A DNA stretch of 55,201 nucleotides, taken from assembly GCA_964552295.1 (NCBI GenBank), contig CAZKFV010000094.1, forward strand, positions 1 to 55,201, written 5' to 3'. The notes under the pieces were generated by a model, which had not been told where the DNA came from, ran no database searches, and worked only from the letters and a program-made list of their open reading frames with translations. Both the position numbers and the translations under genes were made by a program. The stretch comes from an uncultured Thermotogae bacterium. Its GTDB lineage: Bacteria; Bipolaricaulota; Bipolaricaulia; UBA7950; UBA9294. The stretch's first letter is position 1. The number at the start of each line of letters is the position of its first letter. Shown here piece by piece: positions 41,441 through 51,085 of this stretch.

Positions 41441-43575
41441 TGGAGCGAATATCAGCAGATCATGGAATGCTCTACTATCTTATCAAGCAATCTCATCCAG
41501 AGATAGCGGGGCATATCGAAGAAACCAATGAGATAGATACCATCGTTGTCGGTCTTGGTCGACAGGGAGCGCGGCATGCTGGATTGATGCAAGAGTTTGG
41601 AACTAAGATTACAGCTGGTATAGCTCCAGGCAGAGGTGGAACTCGTGTTCATGAAACCATTCCTGTATATGAAACCGTTAAGGATTGCCTCAAGGATCAC
41701 CCTTACATTGCTGCAGCAAGCATCTGGAAGCACTATTCAACAGCTAGGGATGCTACCATCGAGGTCATAGAAGCTGGTATTCCTGTCGTTGTTCTCATAA
41801 GTGAAGGGATACCCATTCGCGATGTTAGAGATATCTTGGTAGCCGCGAGGATGCATGGAGCGCTTCTGATTGGTGGGAATTCGCCTGGCGTAATATTTCC
41901 CCCCGAAAGGGTAAAAGTAGGCATGCTGCCTGATATTTTCTATCCAGAGGAAACGGGTTCCGGGCAGCTAGGCCCAAATGGAGTCACCATTATATCGCGT
42001 AGCGGTGCTATTCTTTACCATATGTCTGATGCGTTGGCTAGTGTAGGAATAGCTCAAAACGCCGTTATTGGAGTAGGTGGTGACGGCGCAATAGGATCTA
42101 CGTTCTCGGACCTGGTTCCCTTAGCCATGAAATATCCGCATACTGATCTGGTAGTGATTGCTGGAGAGATCGGTGGAATACAGGAGGAAAGGCTAGCCAA
42201 AGACATTGCGGATCACCCTGAGAAATATCCCAAGCCGATTATTGCCGAGATATCTGGGGCTCATGCTCCAGCAGGAAAGACCATGGGGCATGCTGGAGCG
42301 ATAGTCGCTCCAGGACAGTCTTATGGTACATTCGAGTCCAAAAGGTCTGCTTTGGAAAGTGCTGGTGTAACCGTGGTGAATTCGCAGTATGACCTAATCG
42401 TAGAAGTGGAAAAGAGCCTTGGCAAAAAGTATTTTGATACTGATAGGTATTATGAAAAGATGAGGACGATCTGGGAGGCTCCACCCAAGGCTCCAAGTTG
42501 GGCGACCCTGATAACCAAGGTGGAGCCGAACAATCTTATGCTTTCTGGCTATCCCCTTCAGCAGATAGTGGAACGAAAAACACTTCTCGAAACCGCTTGC
42601 TTGTTGGTCAAAGGGGAATTTCCGTCTCCAAAAGCTTTGGAAGAGCAAAGGAAGGTCGCGCTTCAAGCAGTGGCAGAATCCGGGCCAATTGTGAAGCTAG
42701 ATCAGGGTGAGGATGTATCCAAAACGCTGGCTAAAACCCTCCTGCTGGATAAGGCACTGGCCGCGTTCACCACTGTGGGAACTGACGGTGAAGTGCTGAA
42801 AACTAGCTATGCCCTGGGCCGAATAGCAAACTACTTGGGCACTATCTTGGGCACATCTTCTGCCTTGAAAGGATTGCCCGATGATATTAGCTTTGCTGAC
42901 GTAATCGGAAGGATTATTACCGGCAAAGCAGAATGTGGGAAGGATGTCTCCAAGATGCTGGAGAAAATGATTATAGCTTCCGTTGACCACGGGGTAACTC
43001 CTCCTTCTGCTCAAGCCACCTTAATTGCGGCTTCTACCAGGACGCCCTATGAGGTGGCTGTAGCTCATGGAGTGGGCGTAATCACCGACGTCCATGGTGG
43101 TGCTGGGGCAAAGGCAGCCGAGTTTTTCTCGCAATGTGTGTCTAGGGCGACTGCTAAAAACATAGATCTTGAGGGCGCCACCAGAGAAGTTATGAGCGAA
43201 TACATAAGGGATGGGCGTAGGATAGAAGGTATGGGACACAGGGTTCATACCAAGGATCCCCGACGTGACGTCCTGTGGAGTCTGGCAGATGAAGCAGGGA
43301 TTGCTGGAGACAACGTAGAGGTTTCAAAAATAGTTGCCGGCGTATTTAAGCAAGTGCGAGGGATGGATCTTCCCATAAATGTGGACGGCGTGATTGGTGC
43401 GATCGTCGCAGATATGAAACTTGATCCTTGGCTAGCCAAGGTGCTTTTCATTTGGGGCCGTGTCGCAGGTCTTTCTGCTCATTACTTCGAGGAGGTAGCT
43501 TCTCAACCTCAAATGAGAAGAATAAACTTCGGTGAAGTTGTCTATAAAGGAAAACCTTACCGAGACGTGCCATAA
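41440..43575 (+). CDS. Acyl-CoA synthetase alpha subunit (SucD-like) fused to a citryl-CoA lyase (citrate-synthase-fold) domain; AclA-like architecture
   Basis: GIAPGRGG, ISEGIP, IGGNSPG, SRSGAI, GEIGG, phospho-His motif GKTMGHAGA; C-terminal WATLITKVEPN, VDHGVTPPS, VHGGAG, GMGHRVHTKDPR, PINVDG. Confidence 0.88.
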   Translation: MERISADHGMLYYLIKQSHPEIAGHIEETNEIDTIVVGLGRQGARHAGLMQEFGTKITAGIAPGRGGTRVHETIPVYETVKDCLKDHPYIAAASIWKHYSTARDATIEVIEAGIPVVVLISEGIPIRDVRDILVAARMHGALLIGGNSPGVIFPPERVKVGMLPDIFYPEETGSGQLGPNGVTIISRSGAILYHMSDALASVGIAQNAVIGVGGDGAIGSTFSDLVPLAMKYPHTDLVVIAGEIGGIQEERLAKDIADHPEKYPKPIIAEISGAHAPAGKTMGHAGAIVAPGQSYGTFESKRSALESAGVTVVNSQYDLIVEVEKSLGKKYFDTDRYYEKMRTIWEAPPKAPSWATLITKVEPNNLMLSGYPLQQIVERKTLLETACLLVKGEFPSPKALEEQRKVALQAVAESGPIVKLDQGEDVSKTLAKTLLLDKALAAFTTVGTDGEVLKTSYALGRIANYLGTILGTSSALKGLPDDISFADVIGRIITGKAECGKDVSKMLEKMIIASVDHGVTPPSAQATLIAASTRTPYEVAVAHGVGVITDVHGGAGAKAAEFFSQCVSRATAKNIDLEGATREVMSEYIRDGRRIEGMGHRVHTKDPRRDVLWSLADEAGIAGDNVEVSKIVAGVFKQVRGMDLPINVDGVIGAIVADMKLDPWLAKVLFIWGRVAGLSAHYFEEVASQPQMRRINFGEVVYKGKPYRDVP

Positions 43576-43665
43576 TCTACTGAAGAGAAGAATATCAAAG
43601 TGTAGGCATAGAATGAGCAGCAAGTCTAATTTAAGCATATTGGACGCCGTAAGGAGGATAAAAGC

Positions 43666-44202
43666 ATGACAATGAGAGAAGATATCCTGCGGATTCTGCC
43701 TGAGATTGAGCTAATTGAAGACGAATCGTTACGCCAAATGGTGACAAAAACCTGGGAAGACGCGCTGGTTCGTGGCAAATGGGAGGCCTCTGATATCCAG
43801 AGTATGCCGTTTACCTTGGCCAAGAAAGTGGATATCAGCTTCGCCCAACATGTGCGAAGCGTAACCAAAATATCCCTTGCTGCGGTTGAGATATTCGATG
43901 AAATTTATAAGGGCAAGTTAACACTAAATCGCGACTTAGTTCTTGCTGGAGCACTGCTGCACGATGTGGGAAAGCTCCTGGAGATGGAGAAAGTTGACGG
44001 CGTATTTCGCAAGAGCCATGAGGGGAAACTTGTACGACATCCCTTCTCTGGGGTTGCACTTGCAGATGCAAACGGCGCTCCTCCGGAAGTGCAGCATATA
44101 ATCGGGACTCACTCCAAGGAGGGAGATCCGTACAAGCGCACGCCGGAGTCAGTTATCGTGCACTTGGCTGACTTTATGAACTTCGATACAGTGGAGGGTT
44201 GA
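43666..44202 (+). CDS. HD-domain (HDIG) metal-dependent phosphohydrolase
   Basis: QHVRSV, GALLHDVGKL, RHPFSG, IIGTHS, IVHLADF. Confidence 0.85.
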   Translation: MTMREDILRILPEIELIEDESLRQMVTKTWEDALVRGKWEASDIQSMPFTLAKKVDISFAQHVRSVTKISLAAVEIFDEIYKGKLTLNRDLVLAGALLHDVGKLLEMEKVDGVFRKSHEGKLVRHPFSGVALADANGAPPEVQHIIGTHSKEGDPYKRTPESVIVHLADFMNFDTVEG

Positions 44203-45479
44203 CAGAGATGGGAATGACGTTTGCCCAAAAGATCCTTTCCCAGAAAGCCGGCCTTGATCATGTTGAGGTAGGCCAGATAGTAGAGATCACGCCTGATTAC
44301 TGTATGTCTCACGACAACACAGCGGCTATTAGCAAGACCTTTGCTAGCATTGGAGTCGATCGCGTGAAGGACCCGGAGAAGTTTGTAATCATTCTCGATC
44401 ACACGGTTCCTGCGTCGACGGAGAAGTATGCTCTTGGACACAAGGAGATCCGCGAGTTTGTGGCGGCTCAGGGGATAGAAAACTTCTATGACGGCGGCGT
44501 TGGGATATGTCATCAAGTGTTGCCTGAGAGGGGGTTCGCTCTGCCTGGTACGCTGATCCTTGGTTCGGATTCCCATACCACAACTTACGGGGCATTCGGT
44601 GCTTTTTCTGCTGGTATTGGCCGTTCGGAAATGGCTGTTCTATATGCTACATCGAAGATATGGCTGAAGACCCCGGAGACTTTCAAGATAGTGATTAACG
44701 GTCAGTTGCGTGAACCTGTTACCTCAAAGGACCTCATGCTGAAAATAATCGGGGATATCGGTGCTGACGGAGCTCTCTATCGTTCCATCGAGTTTTCAGG
44801 TGAGGCAATTTCACAGATGAGCTTGGCATCGCGTATGGTGCTCTCCAACATGGCAATAGAGTGTGGAGCCAAGAATGGATACATAGCTCCTGACGAGAAT
44901 ACTTTCCGCTTTCTCGAGGGACGGGCGGTAAGGGACTATTACCCGTTATATCCTGATAGCGATGCTCAATATGAGAAAGAGCTTGAACTAGATGCCGCGC
45001 AGCTTGGTCCACAGGTAGCAAAACCACACACTGTGGATAATGTCTCGCCAGTGGAGCAGGTAGAAGGCACCAAGATTGATCAGGTCCTGCTGGGTACTTG
45101 TACCAACGGACGACTGGAAGATCTACGATTGGCAGCGAGGATTCTTTCTGGAAAGAAAATTGCCAAAGGTGTGCGAATGCTGATCCTTCCGGCATCGCAG
45201 GAGGTTCTTCTCGATGCTCTATCGGAGGGGTTGATCAGCATTTTTGTACGTGCGGGAGCTATTATGTTGAACCCGGGCTGCGGCCCTTGTTTAGGGGCGC
45301 ACCAAGGGGTGTTAGCTCCAGGCGAGGTTTGCTTGTCCACTGCTAACCGCAACTTCAAGGGTAGGATGGGGTCATCAGAGGCAGAGATCTACCTCGCATC
45401 CCCAGCCACAGTCGCTGCGTCGGCCCTTACCGGAGCAATCACTGATCCTCGCGATGTATTCCAAGGAGGTGTCAGATGA
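44199..45479 (+). CDS. leuC: 3-isopropylmalate dehydratase/homoaconitase-family large subunit (short LeuC/HacA type)
   Basis: MSHDNT, GICHQV, GSDSHTTTYGAFG, GTCTNGR and GCGPC [4Fe-4S] cysteines, STANRNFKGRMG. Confidence 0.88.
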   Translation: MTEMGMTFAQKILSQKAGLDHVEVGQIVEITPDYCMSHDNTAAISKTFASIGVDRVKDPEKFVIILDHTVPASTEKYALGHKEIREFVAAQGIENFYDGGVGICHQVLPERGFALPGTLILGSDSHTTTYGAFGAFSAGIGRSEMAVLYATSKIWLKTPETFKIVINGQLREPVTSKDLMLKIIGDIGADGALYRSIEFSGEAISQMSLASRMVLSNMAIECGAKNGYIAPDENTFRFLEGRAVRDYYPLYPDSDAQYEKELELDAAQLGPQVAKPHTVDNVSPVEQVEGTKIDQVLLGTCTNGRLEDLRLAARILSGKKIAKGVRMLILPASQEVLLDALSEGLISIFVRAGAIMLNPGCGPCLGAHQGVLAPGEVCLSTANRNFKGRMGSSEAEIYLASPATVAASALTGAITDPRDVFQGGVR

Positions 45480-45967
45480 GCAAGGGCAACGTGTGGAAAT
45501 ATGGAGACGATATCAACACAGACGTCATATTTCCCGGCAAGTACACGTATCAACCGTTAACCCCAGGAGAAATGGCGACCCACGCGATGGAGGATCTTGA
45601 CCCCGATTTTGCAACTAACGTCAAGCAGGGGGATGTTGTAGTAGCTGGGGCTAACTTTGGCTGCGGCTCGTCACGCGAGCAAGCAGCCACATGCCTGAAA
45701 GCTGCAGGAGTGGCGGCGGTAATTGCTAAGTCCTTCTCGCGCATCTTCTTTAGAAATGCCATCAATAGTGGTCTTCCCGTAATTGAGTTGAAGCGTGGAA
45801 TCGAGAGTATAAAAAAGCAAGACACAGTTGAGATTGACTTTGAAAATGGGATTGTGATACACGAAGGTAATGAATATCACTTTCCCGCCCTGCCAAAGGA
45901 AGTGCTGGCAATTCTCGAAGATGGCGGTCTTATTGCGCATGTAAGAAAGGAGTTAGGAAAAGTATAA
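45476..45967 (+). CDS. leuD: 3-isopropylmalate dehydratase/homoaconitase-family small subunit
   Basis: DINTDVIFPGKY, NFGCGSSREQA, AKSFSRIFFRNAINSGLP, ILEDGGLI. Confidence 0.88.
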   Translation: MSKGNVWKYGDDINTDVIFPGKYTYQPLTPGEMATHAMEDLDPDFATNVKQGDVVVAGANFGCGSSREQAATCLKAAGVAAVIAKSFSRIFFRNAINSGLPVIELKRGIESIKKQDTVEIDFENGIVIHEGNEYHFPALPKEVLAILEDGGLIAHVRKELGKV

Positions 45968-46139
45968 ATGTTTTGTTGTAAGATACCGTGTCTTTGCTAA
46001 GTGAATGGGAATGGAATAGGCACGCTTTATACAAATCCGGTATACCAAGCATGCGACAGCAACTTTGACAGACCGAAAAATCGCAAAAGAAACGGTGAAG
46101 CAGTTGTTTAACAACCAGCAGCAAGTCATAAAAGGAGAA

Positions 46140-46287
46140 AAACAAAGAGATTGTTCAAGGTGTCTTGAGCCATGCCGATGAAGAACTTCTCCTGTGGGTG
46201 GTATATCTTGAGACGAAAGGGATAATAAGGGGGATAACAGCTTATTGGATTTCAAAGCTCGATAGATATTTAGAGGGAAAACGATGA
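46140..46287 (+). pseudogene. Frameshifted C-terminal remnant of a DUF4258-like (RelE-fold) toxin
   Basis: LLLWVVYLETKG then, after a frameshift, ITAYWISKLDRYLEGKR*; stop overlaps the DUF2283 ATG (ATGA); 5' boundary approximate. Confidence 0.5.
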
Positions 46288-46514
46288 GAGTCAGATATGA
46301 TGAAGAAGCTGATGCGTTCTACATCAAGCTTCGGTAACGGGAGCATCACGAAAGCGACTAGGTCAAAGATGGGTTCATCTTTGACTATGATGTGAATGGG
46401 AATACCACTGGCATTAAAATCTTGAACGCTTCGGCTCATTTTGCCCCTGCTGAGCTCTCCACCGTTAATTTCGAGATTACTCGACCACTGATGAGAGCGG
46501 GAGAGAAGAGCTAA
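46284..46514 (+). pseudogene. DUF2283-family antitoxin pseudogene with two in-frame stops
   Basis: MRVRYDEEADAFYIKLR*REHHESD*VKDGFIFDYDVNGNTTGIKILNAS...; YD..AD..YI.L and D.D..G...GI.IL.AS are DUF2283 hallmarks. Confidence 0.8.
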
Positions 46515-46521
46515 GGCACAG

Positions 46522-46650
46522 TTTGAGAACAGTGTAGTGACCTGCGAACGTAACGAATATCACTTTCCCTCCCTGCCCGTGGAAGTCCTCGCCATCCTCC
46601 AAGACGGCGGCCTGATCCCGCTTGTAAGGAAGCAGTTAAAAGGCAGATGA
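46522..46650 (+). pseudogene. Orphan diverged duplicate of the leuD 3' end (43 codons)
   Basis: FENSVVTCERNEYHFPSLPVEVLAILQDGGLIPLVRKQLKGR* versus leuD 45839-45967; 28/42 aa identical, same length. Confidence 0.85.
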
Positions 46651-46771
46651 ATGTTTGGGTTAAGGCTTTTTTACTTCGTTTGATAACAGATCTTCCTTAG
46701 TGTAGCGCGGACTGTGCATAGCTGGTAAGCTATTGCAAAACGAAGAACCTGGCTATTTGAGGAGGTTTTAG

Positions 46772-47764
46772 ATGGATTACAGGCCTATTCAACTACCCCG
46801 TGATCTGGCTGGCTTAGGAGAGATGATCTATGATGCTTTTCAATACCCGGAAAACCCGCAATGGAGTATACAAGCAGACGAGAAAGAAGATATCTATCAT
46901 ACAATTGCTAGCTTCAGACATCTCTGGCCCCTTGTACGTATAGCGCAGTTTCTTTCCCCGCCAATGCGTGACATGTTCAAGGGCTACGTGGCTGTGGAGG
47001 ACGGAAAGATTGCCGCTGTAACAATCATCCAGCGCAGCGGAACCACTAGTACTTGGGTAGTTGGAGTAGTTGGTGTTCTTCCCCAATACCGGCGTTTGGG
47101 AGTGGCACGCAACTTATTGGGCTTGTCTCTTGAAATGATGAAGGAGCGTGGATCTGAAAGAACGTGGCTGGGGGTGATCAATGGAAATATACCTGCCCAG
47201 AGGTTATACGAAAGCCTTGGATTTAGGGTTTTTGATGCAATGACTGAGTACTCTTTAAGTAAGCCCGTTGTTTCATCCATAGCCCCTTTGCCTGTGGGAT
47301 ACAGTATCTCACGCCTACCTCGTTCAGACTGGAAGACAAGGCTTTCTTTCGAAAGGCGTATCACGCCAGAAGAAGCTAGCCTGTATCAGCCCGTTGTAAC
47401 AGGGCGCTTCCGGCAGGGCCCGGTGGCCCTTGCCTTAAGTCCCATTGTTAACGCGATTCAACGCAAGAAGGAGAAAGCATTTGTTGTGCGGCAGAAAGGC
47501 GATGGCGAAGCTGTGGCCCGCTGCTCTTACTCTGCCTCAATGAGAGGCAAAGGAGTAAACTCAATCTCTGTACGTATTGATCCCAAGCATCCAAAGTTGG
47601 CTTCTGCCCTGGTTGGATTGATGTTACAAAGGGTAGTCTCGCAGAGCCCTAGACTAAGGGTGGAAATTGCAACACCGAAGTGGATGCCGGCAGTTGCTGA
47701 GGCTGCTGAGGGTTTTGGATTCAAGAAAAGGGTTGAGTATCTAAAGATGGGCTTGTCATGGTGA
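46772..47764 (+). CDS. GNAT family N-acetyltransferase (tandem-GNAT length)
   Basis: VGVLPQYRRLGVARNLL, GNIPAQRLYESLGF; second degenerate GNAT-like half. Confidence 0.85.
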   Translation: MDYRPIQLPRDLAGLGEMIYDAFQYPENPQWSIQADEKEDIYHTIASFRHLWPLVRIAQFLSPPMRDMFKGYVAVEDGKIAAVTIIQRSGTTSTWVVGVVGVLPQYRRLGVARNLLGLSLEMMKERGSERTWLGVINGNIPAQRLYESLGFRVFDAMTEYSLSKPVVSSIAPLPVGYSISRLPRSDWKTRLSFERRITPEEASLYQPVVTGRFRQGPVALALSPIVNAIQRKKEKAFVVRQKGDGEAVARCSYSASMRGKGVNSISVRIDPKHPKLASALVGLMLQRVVSQSPRLRVEIATPKWMPAVAEAAEGFGFKKRVEYLKMGLSW

Positions 47765-47908
47765 TTTCCTGTCTAGCTCTTTTTGTGAGCTAGTGTAAAC
47801 GCGGGTAGGCAGGGAAGAATGCATCAGTATAAGGTATAGAAAGTATTTTGGATTTCTGAGTGCAAGGTGTACTATGTTACCTCTTGTATGTGATTTTGGA
47901 GGTAGACT

Positions 47909-48892
47909 TTGAAGGTGTTAGTAACCGGAGCTACCGGATTCATCGGCTCTAATGTCGCTCGTGCACTTCTGCAACGTGGGTATAAGGTGAAGGCACTCGT
48001 TCGAGAGGGATCCGACAGACGTAACTTGAGCAACCTTGATGTAGAGCTTGCCAAAGGCGATATTCGAGATCTTGATGCTCTGAAGAAGGCTGTAGCTGGT
48101 TGCAAGATAGTCTTTCATGCAGCTGCGCTGTATTCGTTCTGGGTTCAACCTCGTGATCTCATCTATGATGTAAACGTAGGGGGTACTCGCAACGTCCTTG
48201 AAGCTTGCCTGCAAATGGGTATTGAAAGGGTAGTTTACACAAGCTCGGTTGCTGCTCTTGCCTTGCCTAAGGATGATGAACCGGTAGATGAGTCTACGCC
48301 AGTACACCCTGAGCAAATCATCGGGGATTACAAGAAGAGCAAGTACTTGGCAGAACAGGTTGCACTGGAGTTTTCAAAGAAAATGCCGGTGGTGATAGTT
48401 AATCCGAGCTTTCCTGTAGGCCCCGGTGACCTCAAACCTACACCTACAGGCCAAGTAATACTCGATTTTTTGAAGCGAAAGATGCCCGCCTACGTTGAGA
48501 CGGGAATGAATGTGGTTGATGTAGAGGACGTTGCTGTGGGCCATATTCTTGCTGCAGATAAAGGTCGAGTTGGACAGCGCTATATTCTTGGTAACACGAA
48601 TATGACGATGGGAGAACTTCTTAACCTGTTAGAGCAGATAACCTCCATTCCTGCGCCAAAGGTTAAACTTCCCTACTATCCTTTACTTAGCCTGTCCTAT
48701 TTGAACGCTTTTATGTGTAAGATTACGCGCACTGCGCCGCGGATGACGCCGGAGACCATTCGTATGTCGGGACATTACATGTACTTTGACCCAAGCAAAG
48801 CAATTAATGAGCTTGGTCTACCTCAAAGTCCACCCAGCCAGGCACTGCGTAAGGCGGTGAAATGGTTTAAAGACAACAATTACGTCAAGTAA
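47909..48892 (+). CDS. NAD-dependent epimerase/dehydratase, HpnA/dihydroflavonol-reductase-like
   Basis: LVTGATGFIGS, FHAAA, YTSSVA, YKKSK, VNPSFPVGPGDLKPTPTG. Confidence 0.9.
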   Translation: MKVLVTGATGFIGSNVARALLQRGYKVKALVREGSDRRNLSNLDVELAKGDIRDLDALKKAVAGCKIVFHAAALYSFWVQPRDLIYDVNVGGTRNVLEACLQMGIERVVYTSSVAALALPKDDEPVDESTPVHPEQIIGDYKKSKYLAEQVALEFSKKMPVVIVNPSFPVGPGDLKPTPTGQVILDFLKRKMPAYVETGMNVVDVEDVAVGHILAADKGRVGQRYILGNTNMTMGELLNLLEQITSIPAPKVKLPYYPLLSLSYLNAFMCKITRTAPRMTPETIRMSGHYMYFDPSKAINELGLPQSPPSQALRKAVKWFKDNNYVK

Positions 48893-49150
48893 ATACCTTT
48901 CTCTTCCGACAGCTTAGCCTCCTGTTGGTACTGAAATCTGGGATCACCCGCCCCGGTCCTTTAAGGATCAAATGCAACGGAGTTAACTCTCAAGCGAACC
49001 TGTTTTAGTGGTTCAAGCTTATCGGCTCTCTGGAAACGACAATAACCTAGAGCCGATGATACGCCACATCTGTATAGGTCAGTTTGATCTGGACGCTTTA
49101 TCTAAGCAGAGGCGAGAGCAATCATGTGAATAATATTGGTTCTCCGCTGT

Positions 49151-49185
49151 TTCGAGTGGGTAGTTGAAGGTAGTTGTGCTAAACA
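49151..49185 (-). repeat. 35-bp dispersed motif, copy B (inverted relative to 469-503)
   Basis: Reverse complement tgtttagcacaactaccttcaactacccactcgaa. Confidence 0.65.
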
Positions 49186-49248
49186 GGGCGGCTTTCAAAA
49201 GAGACGTAATACAGTGATGCTTATCAGTAAGAAAGACCAAAAATATAC

Positions 49249-49471
49249 TCGCGCAGGGACCTGTCTGCGTCTGCCTGTGCGTGTACGCACGCAGACAGGT
49301 CCGAAGGACAGGCAGGCGCATAGTGGCTGGGGCCAGAGGAAAGCAGTAGGGTTTGGAAAAGAAGATAGAAGGGGTTTTCTTGAGCGCTCTCACGTCTCGA
49401 GCGGGCGAGAGAAAGGTTTTTGTCAGTTATAATTTGCAATCTTTGTTATCCACTGTAAACAGCGAAGAGCC
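49249..49471 (+). mobile_element. ~223-bp non-coding dispersed composite repeat, copy 2
   Basis: Begins TCGCGCAGGGACCTGTCTGCG and ends CACTGTAAACAGCGAAGAGCC, as copy 1 (3933-4169). Confidence 0.75.
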
Positions 49472-49477
49472 ATAATG

Positions 49478-49648
49478 TCACTTCTTTTCCTCCCTGTCTA
49501 GGTATCGGAGGATAGCATCCACCACCAGATAGTTGATGGAGCGGTCACGCGTATCGCTCAGCTTGATCAAACGCTCTACAGGTCTTTCGTCCATCTTCTT
49601 TTGTGGAATGTAGATGGAGAGTTTGTCGAGGATCTCTTTCTTGGCCAT
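49478..49648 (-). CDS. Small ribbon-helix-helix DNA-binding protein, paralog 2 (56 aa); absent from the ORF track (<60 aa)
   Basis: MAKKEILDKLSIYIPQKKMDERPVERLIKLSDTRDRSINYLVVDAILRYLDREEKK*; SD-like GAGGGGG upstream. Confidence 0.85.
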   Translation of the reverse strand: MAKKEILDKLSIYIPQKKMDERPVERLIKLSDTRDRSINYLVVDAILRYLDREEKK

Positions 49649-49952
49649 AAAATACCCCCTCTGTCTTTTGGATACTTCATGTTACAGTTTTTTATTGGTG
49701 TTGACAAGAGTTTCCTGCATATAAGGGGCATAAGCCCCATCGATTGAATTGGAGCCCAGTTATTTGTAATTTGTTGCATAGGCTGTATCTGTAAGGAGAG
49801 AAGCATTGGAAAAGCGGCCTCTCCGGTCAATAAGCAGCGCATTATTTTCAGTTATGAGTGGTTATAGACTTAACGCAGCTGTCTATTGGCGTCAATATTC
49901 ATGGTTGCGTGCTGCGAAAAGAAGTGTATTGAATCAGGAGATCCTGGCTACG

Positions 49953-50744
49953 TCAAGTCGAGAACAGGGCATTGAAAACCATAAAAAGAGCTGCGGCGAG
50001 AGTTGTGTAAGCAAATATATTCTTCAGTTTGGCAGGCTTTATTCTTATTGCAAATTTTCCGCCTGTTAACCCACCTAGTACGGCCATAAATGCAACCGGA
50101 ATAACAAATTGAGGATCAAAGTGGCCTTGTACTGCATGTCCTATAAAGCCCATAATAGCTGTTGCGGCGACCATTGCAGAAGATGTGCCAATTGCCACGT
50201 TCATGGGCACGCCGCAGAGCAAAACCATCAAAGGCACCTTAAATGACCCGCATGATACTCCAACCGCTCCAGCTGCTAAACCTGCAAGTGCAGTGATCGG
50301 GATAGTAAGCCAAAGGTTGACGACATATTGTTGTCCTTGGAAATCGCGGTGCCAGTAGCCAAATCTTCTAATGTGGTTAGTCGGTCTGTCTTTTACATTC
50401 ATGAGCATGAGAAACCCTGCCATCACAAGAAGTCCGGCCAATAGCAGTTTTAAGGATACGCCGCTTGCATAATCTGAATAGTATCCGCCAACTAACGCCA
50501 TGATATCCGTTGGCGGGTCGATGATAAGCGCCAGTTTCCAATCCACCAGCTTGTTCTTATGAAAGATCAACATGCCAGCCAAGGCAGTCAACATAAGAAT
50601 AAATTGCGCTGATGTCGCTGCTTGGTGCATGGCTTGACCAGCCAATACCAGAACAAGAACATAGAAATTTCCGCCGCCACGGCCTGTCATGGTCATCAAC
50701 ACGGCAATAGCGAAAACAATGATGCCAACTAAAATGAAGTCCAT
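49953..50744 (-). CDS. TauE/SafE (TSUP) family sulfite exporter
   Basis: TMTGRGGGNFYVLVL, AVGVSCGSFKVP, AIGTSSAMVA; multiple TM helices. Confidence 0.88.
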   Translation of the reverse strand: MDFILVGIIVFAIAVLMTMTGRGGGNFYVLVLVLAGQAMHQAATSAQFILMLTALAGMLIFHKNKLVDWKLALIIDPPTDIMALVGGYYSDYASGVSLKLLLAGLLVMAGFLMLMNVKDRPTNHIRRFGYWHRDFQGQQYVVNLWLTIPITALAGLAAGAVGVSCGSFKVPLMVLLCGVPMNVAIGTSSAMVAATAIMGFIGHAVQGHFDPQFVIPVAFMAVLGGLTGGKFAIRIKPAKLKNIFAYTTLAAALFMVFNALFST

Positions 50745-51085
50745 GTTAGTTCTGTCCTTTTAAGAGATGCTTAGGCAAGTGTCAGTTACACTATCAAGCC
50801 TTGCTCAAAGGTGACTGAGGTTTCGCCCGCTATGCGAAGGGAACGATTTCTACGGGCGATTTCTATTACGCATAGCTGCCATCTATCCCGTTATACAAAA
50901 ACGGTATTTGTCTCACAATCGTCTCGTTCACTGGCTTCAGGGATGAAGGAAGTTGATCAGGTTTGGAGTGGTTGCCTTGCAATAAGGATATACCCAGGTG
51001 TGGTTATTGACATGGCTTAATTCCAGGTTGTATCACCATAAGTTGGCTAAAAGCACTAAGAATAACGGTTTGCAACCATCCCCGG

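Noticed and set aside
46284-46514. Stop-codon recoding (TAA/TAG readthrough) in DUF2283
   Set aside because: Two different stops, the partner toxin is frameshifted, and all other genes end normally at TAA/TAG/TGA; pseudogenisation is simpler
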